A stretch of DNA of 64,000 bases from Candidatus Uhrbacteria bacterium (GTDB lineage Bacteria > Patescibacteriota > Patescibacteriia > UBA9934 > UBA10169): the NCBI GenBank assembly GCA_016187485.1, contig JACPJO010000004.1:121349-185348 (forward strand), written 5' to 3'. Numbering within the stretch: position 1 is the stretch's first letter; each line of letters begins with the position of its first letter. The notes beneath the pieces are model-generated. The model was not told the origin of the DNA, ran no database searches, and saw only the letters and a list, made by a program, of their open reading frames with translations. A program made the translations under genes and the position numbers. This document shows, in pieces, positions 56,551-64,000 of the stretch.

Positions 56551-56749
56551 AAGGGGGATAGGGTACGTTTTCCTGCCGTCCTCGTCAACCCTCGTTGGGC
56601 ATTTCGTGTAAGACAAGGGTTGACGAAATAAGGGAAAAATGACACGCTGGCGCGTCATGCTAGGTTCCTAGCCGCTGACCAGCCCAGCGCCTGCTGGGGG
56701 GAGGTCTTTCGTGGTCCACATCAACCTGACACCGGAAAGGGTCACGTTC

Positions 56750-57388
56750 ATGAACGAAGAACTTCGTAGCCTCAAGCAAAGAATCCTCGTTCTCGCTGTC
56801 CTTGGTCTCGGTCTCGGCATCCTTCTCATCGGCTTCATCTGGAAGACGCGCGCGGACGAGGACGCCATCGTGGCAGAGCTCGGCTGGCGCACGGGACCCA
56901 TCAGCACGTTCCCGCGGGCAGCGGGCGGCGACATCGTCTCCCTTCAGTCCCAGATCATAGCCCTCGCAGACCGGACAGCGGAGCTCGAGAAGCGCCACGC
57001 CCTTACGACCGACCAAGCCGATGTCTTGAGCCACATCCCCGCGGGTAGGCTCCACCAGCTCGAAGGGATCCTCAAGAGCTACGAAGAGGATGGGGGCGAC
57101 CTGGATCGTGACGGGGGTCCCGATGCCACCACCGACGTAAGCGAGACACTCAAGGAGCGCGGCCTCGTCGCCTTCCTGGGCTATCGGCGCACGCCGCATG
57201 GTGTGCGAAGCTACTGGGTGGGAACCCTCTCCCCCACGGGAGAACCCAGACTTCACATCATCATGTGCACGCCTGTGGCGAACGGCAAGCCGCTCTCGGA
57301 GTCCCCGAAGGATGGCGCGCCTCCTGCATCCGTGCGTCCATGCTTCGTCACAGACGCGCTTCCGGACCCCGATCCCACCGGCGGCTAG
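56750..57388 (+). CDS. Hypothetical membrane-anchored protein
   Basis: Start at MNEELRSLKQRILVLAVLGLGLGILLIGFIW (TM anchor). GC-rich (about 63%). The minus ORF 56660..57256 is judged a shadow. Confidence 0.35.
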   Translation: MNEELRSLKQRILVLAVLGLGLGILLIGFIWKTRADEDAIVAELGWRTGPISTFPRAAGGDIVSLQSQIIALADRTAELEKRHALTTDQADVLSHIPAGRLHQLEGILKSYEEDGGDLDRDGGPDATTDVSETLKERGLVAFLGYRRTPHGVRSYWVGTLSPTGEPRLHIIMCTPVANGKPLSESPKDGAPPASVRPCFVTDALPDPDPTGG

Positions 57389-57474
57389 CCCGCTTCCGTC
57401 CCTTTTTCTCAGCGACTCGCAAGAGTCGCTTTCGCATTCCTACAAGCTACAAGCTTTGATACACTATCGCCGAT

Positions 57475-59781
57475 ATGTACCTCTCGCGCATCGAGCTTCA
57501 AGGCTTCAAGACCTTCGCCGCAAAAACCACTCTCGCCTTCTTACCAAAAAAGGCTATGGGGCACTCCCCCATCACGGCCATTGTGGGTCCGAATGGTTCG
57601 GGAAAATCCAACTTGGCCGACGCCATTCGTTGGGCTATGGGCGAACAGTCTTTGAAGCTCCTGCGCGGCAAGGAATCTACCGACATTATTTTCTCTGGTT
57701 CGGCGCAAAAAGGCCGCGGGGGTTTTGCCGAAGTCTCTCTCACTTTTGACAACAGCGATGGCGCTTTCCCGCTTGAGACCCCTGAAGTCTCTGTCACACG
57801 CCGCCTCTATCGCGACGGCGAGTCGGCTTATCTCCTCAACAACACTCCCGCGCGCCTTGCGGACATCCAGCTTCTTCTCGCCGAAAGCGGCGTGGGCCAG
57901 CGTTCGTATTCCGTGATCGGCCAGGGCATGGTGGATGCCATCCTCATTGCAAGCCCCGAGGAACGGAAGCAGTTTTTTGACGACGCCACTGGCGTGCGGC
58001 CGCTGCAGATGAAGCGCCATCAAGCTATGTTGAAACTTCGTCACACCTACGAAAACTTAGCCGAGACGGAAATGATCATGGCTGAAATTGAACCGCGCTT
58101 GCGTCTTCTACGACGCCAGCGTCGTCGTCTAGACGAACGCGCAGAAGTCGAGCAGGAACTTATCCGCGTGCGCGAAAACTATCTGGGCGGACTATGGCGC
58201 GAGCTCACGGCAGAGTGGGAAGTGGCGAAAAAAGATTTAGATGCAGCAGAAAAGTTTGCGGCGAGACTTCGCCAAGACGTCGCAACGCTCGAAACCAGTC
58301 TCTCGTCGCTTGAGAAGCCGGGCAAAGCGCCCGACGGACTCGCCGAACTTCAGAGGGCATACAAAGATGCACAAACACTCGTCCAAAAAGCGCGCGAGGA
58401 ACGCTATCGTTTGGAAAAAGAGATTGAGTTGGCGCGCGTGCGCGCGCAGGCGTCGTGGGCGCCTTTGCCATTGGCGGATATTTTGGGGGAGCTGGAAGAA
58501 ATCAGCAAAAAGTTCGAAAAAGATCTAAAAAGTTTGAAAGGTTTGAAAAGTCTGGAGGAGTTGAAACTGCTTCTGCCGGACATCGAGAAGCTCCACGGAC
58601 AGAGTGAGAAACTACGCAAGCGACTCACACGACCGGCGCCGGAAGATGTCGAGGTAGATAAAGAACTTGCAGGGAAGCTTACTCAAACCAAAAAGAGCAT
58701 CGAAGAGGCTGAGCACGAGCGGAAACGCACGGAGGCGGCGCTTGATGCCTACGCCTCACGTGCGGCAGACGAACGCCAAGCCCTCTTTGCTGGGGAGCGG
58801 CAACTCCGAGAAACACAACATGCGCTGCACGAAGCAGAGGCAAAAGAGCACGAACGGGAAATTCATGTGGCGCGGCTGGAAGAACGGCGCGTGGGGGCAA
58901 GACAAGAAGCCGAGGGGGAACTTCACGACGCGGCCGAAGCATTCCTGGGCCGTCGAGATCTTCCGCACAACACTTCAGCGGAGCGGGAAAAATTGCGCGC
59001 AGAGCTTGAACGGCTTAAGTACAAACTCGAACTCATCGGCGGCATTGACCCAGAGACAGTAGCGGAGTTCGAGCAGACCGAGGCGCGCTTCAATCATCTG
59101 GAAGAACAAATCAAAGACCTCCGCGCCGCCATGCGCGACACCGAGCACGTCGTAGATGAACTCGACGAAAAAATCCACAAACAGTCCGAGGCCGCTTTCC
59201 GCGACATCAACGCACACTTCCAAACCTATTTTAAGGTGCTCTTCGGTGGCGGAACATGCTCGCTTGTAAAGATGACGCGTGAAGAAATCGCCCCCACAGG
59301 GTCAGAACACCCAGAGGCGGAGGCGCACGAGGGTGACGTAGATGCGTCGCTTGCAAAGATGGATTCGCCTGCTCTCAAGGAACTGCAGGCTCGTGTAAAA
59401 GAACGTGCGGATCGGACGGTCGGCATCGATATTCACGCCACGCCTCCCGGCAAAAAACTCAAAGCCTTGGCTCTCCTCTCCGGCGGGGAGCGCGCACTCA
59501 CCTCCATTGCCTTGCTGGCAGCCATCATGGCAACGAACCCCGCTCCGTTCGTCGTGCTCGATGAAGTAGACGCGGCGTTGGACGAAGCCAACACACTCCG
59601 CTTTGCCGCCATCCTAGAGGAGCTGGCAAAAAAGACACAATATATTGTCGTCACCCACAACCGCGCCACAATGGAGAAAGCCGACGTCCTCTACGGCGTC
59701 ACCATGAACGAAGACGGCGTAAGCCAGCTCTTGTCGGTTGATCTGTCTGATATTGCCCCCACCTCCGCTACCCGGCGGTAG
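57475..59781 (+). CDS. smc: SMC-like chromosome-partition ABC ATPase, short (768 aa), with no recognisable hinge
   Basis: SMC N-head (MYLSRIELQGFKTFA...AIVGPNGSGKSNLADAIRWAMGEQSLKLLRG...DIIFSGS). SMC C-head (...LIGGIDPETVAEFEQ..., LSGGERALTSIALLAAIMATNPAPFVVLDEVDAALD). About 400 aa of continuous coiled coil lies between them, without the Gly-rich hinge or a CxxC hook. Confidence 0.8.
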   Translation: MYLSRIELQGFKTFAAKTTLAFLPKKAMGHSPITAIVGPNGSGKSNLADAIRWAMGEQSLKLLRGKESTDIIFSGSAQKGRGGFAEVSLTFDNSDGAFPLETPEVSVTRRLYRDGESAYLLNNTPARLADIQLLLAESGVGQRSYSVIGQGMVDAILIASPEERKQFFDDATGVRPLQMKRHQAMLKLRHTYENLAETEMIMAEIEPRLRLLRRQRRRLDERAEVEQELIRVRENYLGGLWRELTAEWEVAKKDLDAAEKFAARLRQDVATLETSLSSLEKPGKAPDGLAELQRAYKDAQTLVQKAREERYRLEKEIELARVRAQASWAPLPLADILGELEEISKKFEKDLKSLKGLKSLEELKLLLPDIEKLHGQSEKLRKRLTRPAPEDVEVDKELAGKLTQTKKSIEEAEHERKRTEAALDAYASRAADERQALFAGERQLRETQHALHEAEAKEHEREIHVARLEERRVGARQEAEGELHDAAEAFLGRRDLPHNTSAEREKLRAELERLKYKLELIGGIDPETVAEFEQTEARFNHLEEQIKDLRAAMRDTEHVVDELDEKIHKQSEAAFRDINAHFQTYFKVLFGGGTCSLVKMTREEIAPTGSEHPEAEAHEGDVDASLAKMDSPALKELQARVKERADRTVGIDIHATPPGKKLKALALLSGGERALTSIALLAAIMATNPAPFVVLDEVDAALDEANTLRFAAILEELAKKTQYIVVTHNRATMEKADVLYGVTMNEDGVSQLLSVDLSDIAPTSATRR

Positions 59782-59832
59782 GCAAAACGACTATTGACAC
59801 CTCCGCTCGCGTACGTTACCCTCTTGCCACCT

Positions 59833-60153
59833 ATGTTAACGCTTCGACTTTCACGCATCGGGAAACGCAAACAACCCTACTTTCGTTTGATTGCTGTTGA
59901 AAAAGGCAAAGATCCGTGGGGCACGAATGTGGAGATTCTCGGCACCTACGATCCGCGCTCTAAAGCACAAACATTCAACACCGAGCGCGTCTCCTACTGG
60001 TTGGGAAAGGGGGCACAGCCGTCCGACCGCGTCCACAATATGCTCGTGGACCTCAAGCTCCTGGAGAGCAAAAAACGCACGGCCTCGCGCATCTCCCATA
60101 AACGCCAGGGAAAACTGGCCGCGGCCGCGCCGAAAGCAGAGACCTCCGCCTAA
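59833..60153 (+). CDS. rpsP: 30S ribosomal protein S16 with a basic C-terminal extension (start at MLTLRLSRIGKRK)
   Basis: MLTLRLSRIGKRKQPYFRLIAVEKGKDPWGTNVEILGTYDPR matches the S16 N-terminus. TTGACA-17-TACCCT promoter-like hexamers at 59796-59824. Confidence 0.85.
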   Translation: MLTLRLSRIGKRKQPYFRLIAVEKGKDPWGTNVEILGTYDPRSKAQTFNTERVSYWLGKGAQPSDRVHNMLVDLKLLESKKRTASRISHKRQGKLAAAAPKAETSA

Positions 60154-60233
60154 TCAACGCTCCTGCGGCTTGCCCGCCCAGGAGCGTTTTGCTATGATCG
60201 GCGCACATAACTCATCTATTTTCAGATCTTCAT

Positions 60234-60572
60234 ATGGAGCAAGATCAGCAGTTTGTTGAATACGTGATCAAGGCGATCGTCAATAACCCCGATGACGTCC
60301 GGACCGAGCGCACCGTGGATGAGCGCGGCGTCCTCATTACCTTGCACGTGAACCAAACCGACATGGGCTACGTGATCGGCCGCGAAGGGCAGACCGCCCG
60401 CTCGGTACGCACACTTCTCAAAATTGTGGGGGCCAAGCACAACGCGCGCGTGAACCTCAAGATCTACGAGCCAGAAGGATCGCGGCCGCCGCGACGTGAG
60501 CACCGTGAGGATGTTGCGCCAGTGGCTCCTGCCGCTGCCGACACATCTGACCTCGATGACTTGGGTATCTAA
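60234..60572 (+). CDS. KH-domain RNA-binding protein (YlqC/UPF0109-like)
   Basis: ...VIGREGQTARSVRTLLKIVG... (KH GXXG loop). In the conserved position after rpsP. Confidence 0.75.
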   Translation: MEQDQQFVEYVIKAIVNNPDDVRTERTVDERGVLITLHVNQTDMGYVIGREGQTARSVRTLLKIVGAKHNARVNLKIYEPEGSRPPRREHREDVAPVAPAAADTSDLDDLGI

Positions 60573-60801
60573 GTCGCCGCAAAAGAAAACCACTTCCTTC
60601 GGGAGGTGGTTTTTGATGCGCAAAGTTGCTATTATGGAGTCGCTATGAACGATGTCCGCAAACAATTACAAGAGGCACGCCAAACTTTCCGCGATTCCAT
60701 GAAGGCCGTACGCGAGAAAGAATCCGGAGCGTTTCGAGAAGCTATCGAAGAAATGGATAAAGCAGAGATCCCTCTCAAGAGAAAAGAACTCCTCGCTCTG
60801 T

Positions 60802-62169
60802 ATGGATGACACACGATCTCTTGAACGTGGGCGAGAGCTCAATGAGGTAACCCGCGAGAATGAAGAGCCCTCTGCTTTGGAGCACACGGTGGCGGAAATG
60901 GTGGAAGCCATGCAAGCGGAGCGGGAAAGCGCACGGCGAGATTTTGAAGCACGCAAGTTCACGCATGTGGGGGTGATGCAGACGCTTGCACGCAGACGGC
61001 AGGCCCCAGAAGCAGCATCCATCATCGAGACCTACCAACGAAAGGTGGCCGAGATTTCTGAGGACGCCAAGCAGCAGGACAAGCGTCTCGAAGAAGTCCT
61101 CAAGCAGGGAGAAAAGAAGGAGGGCGAAACGAAAAAGGTTGAAGGGCCCAAGACACTTCGTGAAACGCTCGAGGCTCGTTTGAAACATATTGAGACAGAA
61201 ATTGATGCTGTGCCTCGATTCTCTCCCGAGCAGGAAGCGCTCTTTGCCAAGCATAAGGCGATCCGCTACGAGTTGGAGCAGCTCGACCGCACAGAAGATC
61301 CGACGGAACGTGCGGCGCTCGAACAGGAGTTGGGAAAACGCGAAGCCATGCGTACAGAGGAGGATGCGCGGCTGCCAAAAGAGGAGCCTCCGATCGTACC
61401 CATCGAGACCCACACATCTGCCCCGGCACCCGTATCAAAAGAAAACATCGTCCCAGCTACTCCTGAACCAGAAGAGATAGACGAGGCAAAGCGCGCGCGG
61501 TATGACGCGGCGGAAAAAGCTCGTGAGCTCGACGCAGAGCGGTTGGAGTACGAACGCACGTGGGGCATGGCAAACGAACTCACTGCACGTCTGAAATCCT
61601 CTGACGCAAGCGAGCGTTGGGTTGCAGAAACTCTCCTTAAAGATCTCGCCCCAAAACTTGATCTCGCTTCAAAACTTTCGAAAATGGAGAGCGACCTCCT
61701 GAATCATGGGGTAGTCCATCGTACCGAACTCTCCGCACGGCCGCCGGGAGAACGCTTCCGGAAAGAATTCGACATCCTCGTCGCCACACACAAAAAGTAT
61801 GGAAAGGACTTTGAGGAAGCAATGCTCCGAGATATTGCTCACACACTCATGGGTTCGGAAGCCGCTGGCACAACGCCGCCCCAGGAATCAGCCCCCGCAA
61901 AAGAAACCGAGAATGTCCCTCCCACAAAGGAGGCGATCCCAGACCTCCCTATTGATCAACTTTACCGGTGGCTGGTGTCGTCACAGAGCATGCCCGGAGA
62001 GGAGGGGGAGAATCTTTTCGAGATCCTGCGCCAAGAGATGGCCAAGCGCCTCTCCACCGAAGAGGGGATGCAACGAGAAATGAAACATGCAGAAAAAAAC
62101 GGCAACCAAGATATTCTGCGCGTTCTTGAAGACCATCGCGCAAAACACTATCCCACCCTTGTCGTATGA
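60802..62169 (+). CDS. Hypothetical highly charged coiled-coil protein (455 aa)
   Basis: Glu/Lys/Arg-rich, predicted helical. It occupies the position where rimM usually lies between the KH protein gene and trmD. Its stop overlaps the trmD start. Confidence 0.5.
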   Translation: MDDTRSLERGRELNEVTRENEEPSALEHTVAEMVEAMQAERESARRDFEARKFTHVGVMQTLARRRQAPEAASIIETYQRKVAEISEDAKQQDKRLEEVLKQGEKKEGETKKVEGPKTLRETLEARLKHIETEIDAVPRFSPEQEALFAKHKAIRYELEQLDRTEDPTERAALEQELGKREAMRTEEDARLPKEEPPIVPIETHTSAPAPVSKENIVPATPEPEEIDEAKRARYDAAEKARELDAERLEYERTWGMANELTARLKSSDASERWVAETLLKDLAPKLDLASKLSKMESDLLNHGVVHRTELSARPPGERFRKEFDILVATHKKYGKDFEEAMLRDIAHTLMGSEAAGTTPPQESAPAKETENVPPTKEAIPDLPIDQLYRWLVSSQSMPGEEGENLFEILRQEMAKRLSTEEGMQREMKHAEKNGNQDILRVLEDHRAKHYPTLVV

Positions 62170-62849
62170 AATCTTTTGACATCCTGACAATCTTTCCCGA
62201 AGTTTGTACGCCCTATCTCGAGACTTCCATTCTGGGGCGAGCGCAGGAAAAAAAACTTGTACGTATTGCGGCCCATAATTTGCGGGATTGGAGTCCGGAC
62301 AAAAAACATAAAAAGGTGGACGACAAGCCATTTGGCGGTGGACCGGGCATGGTTATGGGTATTCAAGCATTCGATCAAGCATTGAAGAAGTTGAAGAGAA
62401 AAAATGCGCGGGTGATTCTTACAAGTGCTTCAGGGAAACGGTTCACGCAAGCCGACGCAAAGCGCCTGGCAAAATACGACCAGCTCATTTTCCTGTGCGG
62501 ACGCTACGAGGGAGTAGATCACCGCGTGGAAAAACACTTGGCAGATGAGGCGCTCTCCATCGGCGATTATGTCCTCACCGGCGGCGAACTCCCTGCCCTC
62601 GCCATGATCGATGCCATCACCCGCCTTATTCCTGGCGTGCTAGGAAAAGAGGCCTCCCTCACCATGGAGTCCCACGATACTCCGGGCGTCCTCGAGTATC
62701 CCCAGTACACCCGGCCGGAGGTCTATCCTTTCAAAAAAGACCGGAAAATAAAGAAATTACGTGTGCCGACCGTCCTTCTGTCCGGCCACCACGAGAAAAT
62801 TACCCACTGGCGCCAGAAGCAGACGAAAGGCCATACTCGCAACGTCTAA
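62166..62849 (+). CDS. trmD: tRNA (guanine37-N1)-methyltransferase
   Basis: MKSFDILTIFPEV...PFGGGPGMVM... (SPOUT trefoil-knot SAM site) and C-terminal ...GDYVLTGGELPALAMIDAI.... Confidence 0.9.
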   Translation: MKSFDILTIFPEVCTPYLETSILGRAQEKKLVRIAAHNLRDWSPDKKHKKVDDKPFGGGPGMVMGIQAFDQALKKLKRKNARVILTSASGKRFTQADAKRLAKYDQLIFLCGRYEGVDHRVEKHLADEALSIGDYVLTGGELPALAMIDAITRLIPGVLGKEASLTMESHDTPGVLEYPQYTRPEVYPFKKDRKIKKLRVPTVLLSGHHEKITHWRQKQTKGHTRNV

Positions 62850-62880
62850 TGGAGGGTGGAAAGAATCTGGAAATCCCCTG

Positions 62881-62909
62881 TTGACAGGCATATTCGCCTC
62901 CGGTACACT
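62881..62909 (+). promoter_or_regulatory. Candidate rRNA promoter TTGACA-17 bp-TACACT, about 185 nt upstream of the 16S 5' end
   Basis: Consensus -35 hexamer and a near-consensus -10 with 17-bp spacing. It is followed by a GGCCttcgGGCC (UUCG tetraloop) leader hairpin at about 62990. Confidence 0.35.
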
Positions 62910-63093
62910 ACGCCCGCTACGTAAGAACTTTCACAATTTATAGCATTACGAAACCAATTAGATTTTGTGTGATCATAACGTCCTCGCGTGGCCTTCGGGC
63001 CGCCCGAGATTATCACCAAGATAATAATTCCTTTATAGAGTATAGAGCGAAAGCTCAAACAGCAGATCCCTCGCAAGAGGGGTATATCTGAGA

Positions 63094-64000
<907 letters not shown>

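Noticed and set aside
56660-57256. 198-aa minus-strand ORF
   Set aside because: It lies antisense to an ORF with a clear TM anchor and start context. It is acidic and low complexity.

Overview
The 16S signatures (GGCTGCAGTCGAGAAT; GTGCCAGCAGCAGCGGTAATAC in place of the usual ...GCCGCGG...) and the gene content point to a Patescibacteria/CPR-like bacterium with a small genome. Most of the window is conserved housekeeping genes: leuS, gdhA, infB-trxA-trxB, truB, rny-ymdB, hup, proS-lysS, rnc, nusB, rpmF, gyrA, rpsA, ftsH, a PilB/GspE ATPase, tsaE-tsaD, RlmI-like and RluA-like RNA-modification enzymes, hsp20, a VanW protein, clpP, an NrnA-like DHH phosphoesterase, a short SMC-like ATPase, rpsP-KH-trmD and the 5' ~900 nt of a 16S rRNA. 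This backbone (about 55-60% GC) is interrupted by compositionally foreign segments around a back-to-back tRNA-Arg/tRNA-Lys pair. On the tRNA-Arg side lies an AT-rich (about 37% GC) 3-dehydroquinate-synthase-like gene, preceded by a gene encoding eight tandem C-x2-C...C-x2-C zinc ribbons (a ~100-114 bp DNA tandem repeat). On the tRNA-Lys side lies a ~6.6 kb segment of about 68-70% GC that carries an N-terminally truncated tyrosine recombinase, the C-terminal zinc-ribbon/coiled-coil fragment of a large serine recombinase, an HEXXH protein and membrane ORFs. This looks like a decayed integrative element. Other notable items are a wHTH + Cas2/VapD-like fusion protein bracketed by two perfect palindromes that share a TAGTGATC core, with the same core recurring at two other intergenic loci. 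A 26-bp perfect inverted repeat pair encloses a complete tRNA-Glu transcription unit. The SMC-like protein has no recognisable hinge. Between rpsP-KH and trmD a charged coiled-coil protein sits where rimM normally lies. No CRISPR array was seen. Many six-frame ORFs in the GC-rich segments are opposite-strand shadows and are listed as rejected.
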